A DNA stretch of 58,423 bases, the filler included, from Catajapyx aquilonaris (lineage: Eukaryota), in assembly GCA_000934665.2 (NCBI GenBank). It is 4 parts of 4 records of this genome, joined end to end, with 100 filler letters (N's around TTAATTAATTAA, not from the genome) between each part and the next. Parts side by side here need not be neighbours in the genome. Positions count along the whole stretch, not along the records: positions 43,922 to 58,423 come from JYFJ02007761.1; 3 more parts are not named here. The stretch is one strand, 5' to 3'. Position 1 is the stretch's first letter; each line of letters opens with the position of its first letter. A program made the translations under genes and the position numbers. The notes beneath the pieces are model-generated. The model made no database searches and was not told where the DNA came from. It saw nothing but the letters and a program-made list of their open reading frames with translations. Positions 47,592-58,423 of this stretch are shown here, in pieces.

Positions 47592-47944
47592 TTTTAAAAA
47601 AAATATTATTTTACATCATTAGAGGGAGCTGAGCCCTTTTAGAGGGGTGGATTACCACCATTTGAATTTTCTCAGAATTTTCTGTTTTCCTCAAACTCCG
47701 GTGCAGGGAAATCAAGGACAATGGGTAAGGATAGGGATTGTTGGGGAGGGAACGTAGGTGCAAGTGTAATACTAATAAATGGGTCATGTGCTGTTCCCCA
47801 GGAGGTTAGGTTGCCAGACACCTCCAAGGTGCAGGTCAGAGACCCTCCCGACACAGGTGAAAGGGGAATCCCAGGCGGGGATCGAACCTTGGACCTTTCA
47901 CTAAGCAAGCTGAGACGTTACCCTCTTGGCCACCACACCTCCCC
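47592..47944 (-). mobile_element. SINE family A
   Basis: Full head and body on minus; TSD TGCATAATCT / TGCATGATCT. Confidence 0.85.
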
Positions 47945-48154
47945 TGCATGATCTCATTTGATTCGCTCAGGAACATGTCGGTTACGAGTTGTAGCAAGCA
48001 TTGTTTGCAACTTTGAAATAATTCTAGGTGACTGTGCATCTTTCCAAACTACAACGCTACTAATGTGTAACTCAATAAATGCAACAAGGGCACCTTCCAC
48101 CTGGGTCCAGAACAGTTCACTATATTCTGTCAAACAGGCAAAATCAGCTGATAT

Positions 48155-48525
48155 ATTTTTTTAAATAATATAATAATAATAGGGGTTAGTGCACCGCCCA
48201 TTGATGGGCATCTGGCACGATACCTTTATTTCGCTTTTTAGGTGTACAGCTACATTTTTGGTCCTTTTTTCCGTAACGCCCGGGTACCGCGAGCGATAGG
48301 GGATGACAGGAGGGGATGTGCAAAGTGCAAGTGCAATGTCTCAATAGTGGTACATTTTGTAAACTCCCCCGGGTGGCTTAGTCTTTCGGAAATGCCACCC
48401 GAGACGAAGCCAGAGATGACCCAACTCTGCACGAGATGAAGGGGGTATCCCCAGGCTGGGATCGAACCCGGGACCTTAACATCCGTGGGCGCATACGTTA
48501 CCGCAGCACCACTTCGCCTCCCCTT
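48155..48525 (-). mobile_element. SINE family C
   Basis: 14-bp TSD AAATCAGCTGATAT; B-box GGTTCGATCCC on minus. Confidence 0.85.
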
Positions 48526-49049
48526 AAATCAGCTGATATATTTGAGCTGTCACAATCAAATTATGGATGAAACTAATAGTTGAAGGGGGAAAAAAGGCTT
48601 TTTTTGCTTGGCTGAATAGCAATGAATGAGAAATTATAATGGGCCCTTGTGCTAAGTACTCATGTACTATCGGCACAGAAATGTTCCGGACACTTGTCAA
48701 TGGTCAGTCTACTACCAAGTGTCCGGACCATACATCATGACATCTCCCTATAATCGTCCAGTAAATAAAGAGTTTGAGGTAAAAAAATCATACTTGGTAG
48801 AACAATTGGCAGGTGGGTGAAAGAGAGGACACCTATTATCAGCAAAATCTGAAAGTTATATCAAAAATTCCCAGTGCTGCTTCCACAGCCATCTTGAAAA
48901 AATGGTGCCCTAAACTTTTAGGTAAATTTTTTTTTTTAAATCTCCACACAACTCAGTCACATGGCTTTTTTATGTCCAGAACTTACATGTGTGAAATAGG
49001 TCATTCAGTACCGCATTTTATCGATAAGACCATGCATTAGTGCATAGAG

Positions 49050-49304
49050 CAGTGGTTTCCAACCGGGGGGTCGCAGGGCGTCACGAGCCTTAGTTCAACT
49101 TTTTTTAAATAATTTGTGTCAATTGAACCATTTTTGTGGCCGTACAGAGTGTATGTTTTCTGGAAAGGGGGCAGTTGTAGAAGGGTCTGGGGGTGGGGAG
49201 GTAAGGGGTGGGGAGGTAAGGGGTGGGGAGGTAGGGGGAGGGGGTTGCACATATATGGAAACATGTTTAGGGGGTCGCAGTTGGTAAAAGGTTGGAAACC
49301 ACTG
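49050..49304. mobile_element. hAT (Buster-type) MITE, opposite orientation
   Basis: TIR CAGTGGTTTCCAACC, perfect TSD GCATAGAG. Confidence 0.9.
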
Positions 49305-49538
49305 GCATAGAGGTCATTGTGAAACCCCAACGGTGCATGTGTAGTGGAACCATCAGTAATTTCATGCATGTGACCTGTAAAGTATGCCCTTTGCAGAAAC
49401 ATGCTTCATTCAATGTTGTGCCTAGTTTCACCAGCTCCAATGTCATACTTTCAAATGTGCTCCAAGTGCAATAATAACTGACATAAGTATAGTCCCATAT
49501 GTTTGTTTTTACCATGGTAACATGGTAGGCCTACTATA

Positions 49539-49769
49539 CAAGGTGTTCATGAATTCATCTGCCAAAATGATACAGGCGGTAAGGGCCTAATGAAAGAAAT
49601 ATGGCTTGGGGCCAAAAGGTCAACGACAATCTGTTTAGATATCACCAATTGAAATCTCCAAACAGCATAGAACGGCACCGAACTTTCGGACCAAGCCATG
49701 TTTCGTCCGTTACTACCTTAGGCCCTTACCACATGTATCATTTTGGCAGATGAATTCATCAATATCCTG
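49539..49769. mobile_element. Tc1/mariner-type MITE
   Basis: About 50-bp inverted arms (ATGAATTCATCTGCCAAAATGATACA), TA flanks. Confidence 0.7.
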
Positions 49770-50342
49770 TATGTATTGTGGTCATGAAAATGAAACACTA
49801 AGTCAAATTCTGGCTGTTTCAAGTTTTTTTACACCACTAAGTTGCACTTTTCCTGCATGGTGAGAGCGCATTTAGTTATACAGATTCATAATGAGCCAGC
49901 AAGTCAGGATTTTCTGTATTCATTAACATGTATACAAGGGCAAATTTTTCTTTTGGATTATCTCAAAGTTGGATTTTTGTACTTACAAGTTAGTGTGTTT
50001 CTCTTGCGTGCCTACAATCTAGCAGGTCATCACAATGCTTTAACTGGTATGTGAGGAGTGTTCATAAAGTTCATATCTTCAGGTTAAAGGAAAATAGAGA
50101 AACGGTTCAAATTGCAAAGCCACACATTTTTCCCAGAGATGCACGAACCTGTCAGAATCCATCATTGTACAAGTAGAAGTTAACACTTCGTGCCTGAAAA
50201 AAGTTTTCAACTGCTATGCTGTAATCACCTCCTGGTAACTTCCAAAATGCCTCCTATGCAGCAGCTGCCTCAAGTGGCAAAAGAGGAAGAAGTGGTGAGG
50301 GACAATGTCTGGGGAATGCGGCGAATGGGGCAGACTATTGTA

Positions 50343-51661
50343 CCTAGTCATGCCATAAATTCTGTCCCCTACTAAAAGGTGTTTATCTTTCTTAAAATGT
50401 AATACATCTACAAAATATTTATATCTGGTTTATTCTTGAGACACTTTGCAATACAAAAAAAATTATATTACTCAAAATGCCCACCCTTTGCTTTCACACA
50501 CTTCTTCAAACGGTCAGGCCACTCATCAATTGCAGCACGCACCACTTCCATGGGTATCGAAGCTGCTACCTTGACCAGTTTTGCTTTAAGACACTCAATG
50601 TTCTGGTGAGGTTTAGAGCAGGCCCTCTCCTCCAATATGTCCCACAGGAGATAATCCAAAGGGTTCAGATCGGGACTTCCTGAAGGCCAATCTTCAGTAG
50701 AGATGAAACCCGGTAAATTCGACTGCAGCCAACGTTGTGTGGTGTTGGCTTTGTGTGCTGGTGCGGAGTCCTGCTGGAAGATCCAATGCCGTCCAGAAAA
50801 CATGGTATGGTTGAGTTGTTTCACTACCTTCTCCAAGATGTCAGCTTGGTAATTCACAGCTTTAGTTTTCACTCCTTTTTCACAAAAATGCAGTTTTGTG
50901 ACTCCATCGTAGGACACTCCCCACCAAACCATCACTGATGCTGGATGATGACCTCTCTCCACCTTGGAAATCTTCTTAGCAGCTTCTTGGGAGTTGTGCG
51001 CATACACTCTGTCATTTTGACGATTTAATTTTTCCTCTATCGTAAAAATTTTCTTGTCTGAAAACAGGATTTTGCGGTGCCCTCCATTTGCGTGCTGCTC
51101 CAACAACCTTTTCGATCTCGTTGCCCTGATGTACCATAAAGCTGCTGTAAGTCGGTGTCCTGTATACGTCTCCGGTAAGCCCCAAACCTCAGGTCTTTTT
51201 TGATGATGCGAGACATGGTTCTTGTCGGAATCTTCATCTCTCTTGCCATTATCTTCTGTTTGCAGAGAGGATTTCTGCGAATTCTCTCGGCAACTGCTTT
51301 AACAGCTGCTGGCGTTCTTGATACACGTGGACGACCAGCTCTTGGTCTGTCATCCAGAGATGACAGTTGATTGTATCTTTTGATGGTACGATGAACAAAT
51401 TTCTTCGATATTTGCAGCAGCTTCAGGAGCTTGAAAATCTCACTTGGTGATTTCCTGCACTTGTGCAGTGCAATCACTGCCACACGGTTTCCTTTGATGC
51501 CCAATTCCATGTTCACCCTTCGACTCCCTGACATGATGTGACTTGTTATCAGTACCTAAGGACCTGCTTATCATGCCCGGAAATAAAAATTAGGGAGTTG
51601 CAGGTATCTCCATAGTTACAACCCTATTTATATGTGGGACAGAATTTATGGCAAGACTAGG
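50343..51661 (-). mobile_element. Full-length DD37D (maT / Bmmar1-like) Tc1/mariner transposon
   Basis: TIRs CCTAGTC(A/T)TGCCATAAATTCTGTCCC with TA on both sides, 1319 bp. The transposase has 37 residues between QQD and LNPLD. Confidence 0.92.
50468..51510 (-). pseudogene. DD37D transposase with a single 2-bp frameshift
   Basis: ORFs 51037..51534 and 50468..51106 fuse into one 346-aa protein (MELGIKGNR...GGHFE*) if one TA is removed at 51163-51166. Motifs: ILFSDKK (normally SDEK), SVMVWWGVS, FQQDSAPAH, WPSGSPDLNPLDY. Confidence 0.88.
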
Positions 51662-52216
51662 TATAGTACCCCAATTGGTCAGTAAATGCCACAGTTGCAT
51701 GGACAGAATGAGTGCGTGAGTTGTCTTGCAGGAGAGAGACGGGCACCTTGCATCACCATTCCTTGTCTCTTCCACTTGATTTGGTCACGCATCTTTCGCA
51801 GGTCTTGATAACATGCTGTGAGCAAAAAAGGTCAGACAGTCACCGGGCCCTGTGATGGTCTAACCTTTTTGTGCAAAATCAGTCATGATAACTGTGGGAA
51901 TCCAAAAAACACGGAGCATTTTACCTTCCCAGATAATGGCTACATCCTGGCCTCCTTTGGCGGTGGGGAGTTTGAGTGTTATTCCATTGCTTGCTTTGTG
52001 ATTGGGTCTCTGGGTCATAGTAGTACACCCAACATTCATTCATGGTCATGATACAGTTGAAAAAATGTTGGCATGGAACATCGCCAACATTTCCTTAGCC
52101 ATACAGAAAACTTTCTTCAGGCACAAAGTGTCGACATCTACAATGATGGTGTCTTGCAGATCATGCATTGCTGGGAAAAATGTATGGGTCTGCAGGGTTC
52201 ATCTAGAGAGGACGAC

Positions 52217-52221
<5 letters not shown>

Positions 52222-52262
<41 letters not shown>

Positions 52263-52549
52263 TTGATACCCCATTATCAGCCAACCGGGCTTTTCTAGGG
52301 GGGATTTCTCCCAATTTTTTGTCTGGAACTCTTTCCATTTTTACTACTTTTTCATCGGAATGAGGCAGGGATAGGGAAGGAAGGAAACGGCTATGGCCTA
52401 TGATTACAGTAACGACCCCGGAATTATCCTGCGAGGACCATGGGAAACCACAGAAAACCATGGTCAGGGTCGCTGGCCTCCGGGATTCGAACCCAGGACC
52501 TCCCGATTAGCAGTCGGACACCATATCCACTCCACCACTACTGCTTCGG
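52222..52549 (-). mobile_element. SINE family B
   Basis: TSD TAGAGAGGA(C/T)GACTAATA; B-box GGTTCGAATCC on minus. Confidence 0.9.
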
Positions 52550-52931
52550 TAGAGAGGATGACTAATACATGTGTACAATTTGAACTGTCACTCTCTTTTC
52601 CTTCAACCCGAAGGTACGAACTTTATGAACTTGCCTAGACCGCAAAAATTATAATGCCAGTTTTTATTTCACGTTTTACGATATTGGCAGATGCACAATT
52701 TTCAAAGTCACATATTTTTCACTAACACTGAAACAAATTAACTTTGCATGCTACTATTTGTACTTTTCCAGACTTGCTGTATTTCTATGCACAATACACT
52801 TATGTCAGTAAATCAAAATTTGGTAGCCTCCAAAGTTTGTATTCTACTGTAGAAATCCAGGTGGTTTCAAAATGCCATGAAAGGCATTTACCCTCAGATC
52901 AGCGCCCTGGCACAAATACGATACTGTAGTT

Positions 52932-53128
52932 TAATATAAAAGTCTCCGCCATGCAGGGAATTTGGCGCTGGCGTGCCCCCACAGCCATCTACCGCTGCCA
53001 GCCATCCGAATCCTAGTCTGCAAACGCCCTCCGAGGATAGGACGGTTTGGGTTGGTTCCGAAGGCGGCCAACCCAATGGATGGTTGTGGGGCAGCGCCAA
53101 ATTCCCCGCATGGGGGAGACTTTAATAT
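52932..53128. repeat. Unclassified palindromic element
   Basis: TAATATAAAAGTCTCCGCCATGCAGGGAATTTGGCGCTG... inverted at ...CAGCGCCAAATTCCCCGCATGGGGGAGACTTTAATATTA. Confidence 0.65.
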
Positions 53129-53131
53129 TAA

Positions 53132-53761
53132 CACGTAATCACCAACGTGGGGTCTTTTTGTACCCCACAATGTAGTTAATACCATCGCGATTAATAAATT
53201 TTATATGAAATGAAAAATGGCAGGCCTATATTCCTCAGACATACTTTCTTCGATCCACTGAAAAATTTTGACATCAGTAGATTTTTTTTTGCCAAGTTAC
53301 CGGTACTTTTATGCTGCTAAGCGTCCCTTTGGGGTCCAGATATACCCCACGTCGTAACCAATGTACATAATTTTTTAGAGAACACATCACAGCGCATCAC
53401 AGCAAATTGTATTTTATAAAGTGTGAGTGTTGTTATTCAGCAATAAATATTGCTCGGAACTAAAATCTTGCAGGCCCTGCAGCTGGAAATGTTTACGTTA
53501 TAAGCCATTACTTATGGCATCGAGCTGGAAGGCTACGAAGATGCAATAACGGAGTCTCAAGTCCCTTATGACTCAACTAATGGTCACAGGAGATCGATTT
53601 TTTTTTACACATACAGATGAGACTACAGGCCGAATTTAGAGGGGAAGAATGGCTTTAGTGCTATTAAGTCCAATTAAAAAATAAAAAATAAAACTGCGTG
53701 GGGTCCATAAACACCCCAAGTCATAGCCAATGTATGGCAGATTCACGTTGGTGATTAAGTG
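53132..53761. mobile_element. piggyBac-type MITE
   Basis: TTAA|CACGTAATCACCAACGTG...CACGTTGGTGATTAAGTG|TTAA (17/18 TIR match). Confidence 0.75.
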
Positions 53762-53958
53762 TTAATACCGAAGCAGGTAGGTGTAGTGGATATGGAGTCC
53801 GCCTCCTAATCGGGAGGTCCTGGGTTCGAATCCCAGGGCCGGCGACCCTGACCGTGGTTTTCTGTGGTTTCCCACGGTTTTCCCAGGATAATTCCGGAGT
53901 CGTTTCCGTAAAAACAGGTCACAGCCGCTTCCTTCCGTCCCTTTCCTATCCCAAAAAG

Positions 53959-55172
53959 CAGAGTTGGGTAGTAACTGAGTAGAAATAACGCGTTACTAGT
54001 AACTAGTTACTTTTTGAGTACTTTTCCCGGCAACTTCGTTACTTTTGTGCACAAGTAACTAGTACTTGTAACTAGTTACCTTTAAACAGTAAAGTTACCA
54101 AGTTACTTTTCCGTGCAGGGTTTGAAAAGCACCTATTTTAAAGGGACACTCCACTCAAAAAAAAAACAAGTTTGGCTATAAAAATCGGGCAAAAAAATCC
54201 TGAATCCGAAGGTGCAATCTGTTTTTCGCTACGCGGAAGGGTAATCCCAGGGCGAGGTGTCAAAGTGGGGAAATTCAAATAGTGCGCTAGAAGCTGGCTG
54301 TCCGCCAGCGACGCCCTCGGGACCTTGGGAACTGGAGGGCTGCTCTCGCCTGCCCCCGCGCTTAGGCCAATCCCAGAGCGGTGCAGCCCTCCAGTTCCCC
54401 TGTTCCCCGCGTGGCGGCACCGATCATTAGCAGACAACACACTTTGACATCTCGCCCTGGGATTACCGTTCCGCGTAGCGAAAAACGAATTGCACCGTCG
54501 GATTCAGGATTTTTTGCCCGATTTTTAGAGCCAAACTTGTTTTTTGAGTGGAGTGTCCCTTTAACATGTAGATGATTCATTTATTTGGCGACAGTGGGGC
54601 GGTTCCCTCCGCGCCGATGGCTACTCCGGATTATGTCTGACTCAAGTCCGGTGATTTAAGACGGGGATGTAGAAAATCCGGACTTCTTCGAGTTCCAACT
54701 CTGGCCGAAAGAGGAGACACTCGATCCCACCCTCCCCACACAAAAGAAGGGTCACGTTTGCGGTTGACCATTCCCTCTAGGCACAATAAAAACCGTGAAG
54801 CGAGAACTTTACTCCCAAATTATCTTTACCCCCCCCCCCCCCCNGGGGGTTACACCGAGAAGGCCTACAGATGCAAACTTTGAAAAGCAGCTATTATTAA
54901 ACGTAAATCGAGGTTGATCATTTTTTTGACCACGGTGTTATGTTGTATGATTGCCATTCGTATTTCAGGGAGAAATGGGGAATCCCCCATCCATCTACAG
55001 CAGCGGTGACAGACCACGGAAAAGTAACTTCACGAGTAACTGTAACTGTACCTGTAACTGTAACTAGTTACTTTTTGGTCAAAGGAACTTGTAACTGTAA
55101 CTAGTTACTTTTTTGGACTGAATAACTGTAACTGTAACCAGTTACATTTCAAAAGTAACTTACCCAACTCTG
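53959..55172. mobile_element. Non-autonomous hAT-type element with GTAACT subterminal repeats
   Basis: TIR CAGAGTTGGGTA, perfect 8-bp TSD CCAAAAAG, many GTAACT/AGTTAC repeats at both ends. Confidence 0.85.
54142..54560. mobile_element. TTAA-flanked Kolobok-type palindromic MITE
   Basis: TTAA|AGGGACACTCCACTCAAAAA...TTTTTGAGTGGAGTGTCCCT|TTAA with ~125-bp inverted arms. Confidence 0.8.
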
Positions 55173-56013
55173 CCAAAAAGCAAATAAAATGAAAGCAAAG
55201 AGTTCCAGTCAAAACAAAATTTCCCCCCTAAAGAGCCGCCGTGATAACGGGGTATGAATTATTATTATTAAGTGTTAATTAACCGTTAACACAGGGCTAG
55301 GCTGGATGTGTCAGGGGGCTGCCTCAGATGGTGACATGGCACTTTTTGGCTCTAAGGCCACTTTCTTTGTAATAACATGGCAAATTTAACTTGTACACAT
55401 TTGAGCTTCCCCTTTGGAAACATCTTCATCTGATTCCTTCTGTGATCAGTGGCATCTAGATAAAATTTTTTGAGAAATCGTATTATCAGGAAAAAATTTA
55501 ATATGCACCGAAGCGCAGTTCGGGCCAAAACGTGTCCATGTCACTGAGGACAGACTGGTTTTTGTCCCGTTGGGCCCCAACTTGCTTTATTTATTTTTCT
55601 TTAGCATATTTGACCAAATATTTCACATCTTGAGGCAATCAATAAGATGGCAAAATAACTAAGGACCAGATATAGTTGCTGCACTATAAAGGCTTACCAG
55701 TACTCACATATCGACAGGACTCACAGCATGAATATTGAATCTGAAACATTTGAAGTCATTCAAGTGGATGCTTCTTATAAGCAAAACCAAAGGCAATTGC
55801 AGCCACGCAAATGACTTCAAACCATTCCGGTGCAATATTTGCTCCACGAGTCCCAAATTTGTTGGTGTAAATGTACCTTATGATCTGCCACAGGTGACTA
55901 CATTAAACAAATCAGGATAATGACAAGGTGGGCACAATTCATCAACGGGTTACCTATATGTTATCTGCGATTTGCAGTTACAGATTGAAAGTTACACCAG
56001 TCGCAAGTGTTAA

Positions 56014-56569
56014 CCCTTAACTACGTAGGGTCGTAGGTGGAGCCTGAGAGGCTCCAACCGCTATTTAAACTCATGTAACTTTTTAAGTAAATGTTTTTTC
56101 CCCTGTCCTTCCGTGACTTTGTCACAAAAACCTTCCTAAGCATGAAAAGAAAAAAAAAAACTTTCGTCGCCATTCTTTGGCTGAAAAAAATTCATAACGA
56201 GGAACAGGTGCCACCTTGGAGCCGCTCAGGCTCCACCTATGTAGTAAAGGGTGCTGTTTTTTTCCCTATCTCCGTGGAGAGAGTCTGAATAGGGAAAACG
56301 ATGCACCCTTAACTACATAGGTGGACCCTGAGTGGCTCCAGGTGGGACTGTTCCACGTTACGAATTTTTTTCTGTCGGCATATGCTGACTCAGCGTGTGA
56401 TTTTTACGTTTTCGGAAGCCTAATGATCTCAACTGCATTTTCTGTACCGGTATGTGAAAAGTCCAATATAACAATTGAGCTGATAAGCAGATAATTAAAT
56501 ATACAGTTGGAGCCGCTCAGGCTCCACCTACATAGTTAAAGGTGTTTCGGCCACCTACGTAGTTAAGGG
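56014..56569. mobile_element. piggyBac-type MITE with internal repeats
   Basis: TTAA|CCCTTAACTACGTAGG...CCTACGTAGTTAAGGG|TTAA; four copies of a GGAGCCGCTCAGGCTCCACCTA-like motif in alternating orientation. Confidence 0.85.
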
Positions 56570-57620
56570 TTAAATTCTGCTTTCTCACCCACCCAGAGAC
56601 ATTTTCTACATTGGTAAATTAAAATTAACTTATATCATATATTTTAAGTCCACTTTGATGTCTGCTATATTAATTAGCCAAGTACCGGTACTGGTAGATG
56701 GACAACACATTTTAAATACCCACCTTCAAGTGTTAGTAATGCTGACATTGTCCCTGTCCGTCTAATGGCGCCTACCAAAGACACAGTCGACGTTGTGTAG
56801 CCGGCCCTCATTTCAGGCAGTCAGAAACATCCAACAGGTCAGAAACTACAGCCTGCCCATTGTGTAGCAGGCATGTTGCCACACGTTCTGTTTTCCCGTG
56901 TGATCCAGTGTGACTAATATGTTTTTGCACCCACGCGACACATAAAAATGCAGCTTTCGGGCCGCAGTTGTTGTTCCCTTGGAATTAATTTATATGTTAC
57001 TAATAATTGCAATTAAAACGTTAAATTCTAGTTAAATTTTGCGCCAAATCAATGCACGCCCTCTCTGGCCCAAACCAATAACTGCTTAGCCCGGCTTAGC
57101 CTTATCATGCTTGTGCGTCTCGTGCTGTCATCTCGTGACCAGTGTTGTACTACCTTAACAGGAGAGCTCAAGGCGCGTATTTTCATACAAGTACTGAAGT
57201 CGGCAATAAAATATTAAAATTACACCATATTCAGCATACATGCATACTGTGCTAGTTGTCAGGGTGAATTACATCCACTGGGGCAGTTTCGGTTGCAAAA
57301 AAAAATATCTAAAGTATGTCAGGTGCGAAATGAAATGCTTCAGAAAAATTAATGGATTAGTGCTACCATCTTGGTGATACAAATTGTCGTCGGTAAACGG
57401 TAATAGGCTACAGGAGAAATGCACTCAGAACCATTTTTGCGGTTTTGAGTTATTTACACGACTAATAGCCTTTTTCTTGTCTGTCGCCTGGTGAGGTCCA
57501 TTTAGTCCTAAATATTCGTAATGAACCAACAATACAGGATCTTCTATGGAGACTAGCATGTAAACAAGTACAAACACAAATCTTTGCTTTGCATTAACTC
57601 GAAACTGTTTTTATGGACAT

Positions 57621-57650
57621 ACTAGCAGGATACCCGGCGTTGCTCGAGTT
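57621..57650 (-). mobile_element. Helitron-like 3' terminus
   Basis: Minus strand reads CTCGAGCAACGCCGGGTATCCTGCTAG|T: GC-rich hairpin-like segment followed by CTAG. Confidence 0.5.
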
Positions 57651-58035
57651 ATGAAAGACTTTTCCATGTAGGTGTAAGTCATTGATTTGGTAGTAACCTT
57701 TGAAATAATTATGGCTATACAATGTTGGCATACCTGTAATATGGAGCATATTGCATGTGCGTGAAGTCCAAACACCAAACTGCGGATGTCAGATTGTAAG
57801 AGAGTACACAATACGCCTTAAAAATCCAGCAAAAGTATGTAGCCTAATGAAAAATTGAAGGCTGTGCAGTAAATGTAGAATAGGATTGAAAGACCGGCAC
57901 CTCTCTTAGTCATTCCCCAACCCCAAAATGGCCAATCTGGCCTGGATGACTGTGCCAGCAGGAAGCTATGGGGTCGCTGGAGAACTCAAGGCCCACCACC
58001 ACGTTAAGGTTAAGGCGGCGCATTAGTAAAAATAC

Positions 58036-58096
58036 GGGGGGGAGGCACGGTGGCCGAGATGGTAACGTCTCGGCTTGCTATGCGAAAGGTCCCGGG
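58036..58096 (+). mobile_element. SINE family A head, interrupted at the start of the B-box
   Basis: GGGGGGAGGCACGGTGGCCGAGATGGTAACGTCTCGGCTTGCTATGCGAAAGGTCCCGGG, then unrelated sequence starting CATGG at 58097. Confidence 0.75.
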
Positions 58097-58423
58097 CATG
58101 GCTGTAGAAGACTCAGGTTAGGTCACTCCCCACCCACCCCCTGCCGAGGGATTACGCACCGGGTGCTCCCTTGACACCGCCACAAGACATTTCCCAGAGC
58201 ATTTATGTGGCGACCCTACCGGACTAAGGCTGAACTTTATAGGTACGAAAGGGGAGGGCTCGAGGGCTACATGCTGGCCCAACATGGCCGCCGGCGGCCA
58301 TGTTGGGCCCCCCAATGTAGCCCTCCCGCGTATTCCTTAACCCTACCTGGGCTCAACTGGCGCGTCCGAATGCGCATCACCGCTCTCCCGCCGTGACGTC
58401 ACATGCGGGTGTTGGACGCGCTC

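Larger units (their letters stand above)
50052..52638 (-). mobile_element. Degenerate DD34D-type mariner relic hosting the DD37D element and a SINE
   Basis: Minus-strand decayed motifs CIMTMNECWVYYYDPETQSQSKQW, LLQDNSRTH, LPHSPHSPDIVPHHFFLF and WEKCV are split by the DD37D insertion. Termini are GAGGAGTGTTCATAAAGTTC and GAACTTTATGAAC. Confidence 0.75.
53768..55266 (+). mobile_element. SINE family B interrupted by a hAT-type element
   Basis: Head and body 53768-53958, tail 55181-55266; TSD ATTAAGTGTTAAT. Confidence 0.85.

Overview
This is eukaryotic invertebrate genomic DNA, most likely arthropod, and it is not one locus. Three identical artificial spacers (44 N + TTAATTAATTAA + 44 N) join four apparently unrelated contigs of about 14.5 kb. 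Contig 1 (1-14507) holds internal spectrin-repeat exons of a beta-heavy spectrin (karst-like) gene, including a candidate 60-nt cassette exon. Contig 2 (14608-29110) holds the first 16 coding exons of MEGF8 on the minus strand. Contig 3 (29211-43821) holds tandemly duplicated RDH/BDH-like short-chain dehydrogenase genes: one complete 7-exon copy (351 aa, with a GC-AG intron) and the last two exons of its paralogue, followed by a truncated 5S rRNA. Contig 4 (43922-58423) has no recognisable host gene and is a transposon graveyard: a near-intact DD37D (maT/Bmmar1-like) element inside a rearranged DD34D-type mariner relic, an Academ fragment and multi-level nests. Throughout are three tRNA-derived SINE families and many palindromic MITEs whose TIRs and TSDs can be read directly. 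I see no convincing new protein-coding system. The most intriguing signals are CA...TG elements with 7-bp TSDs (two hit the B-box region of the same SINE family), a mariner apparently caught converting into a long-TIR element, kb-scale intronic hairpins, and a uORF whose stop codon abuts the MEGF8 start codon. All family assignments come from motif recognition; no database searches were run.
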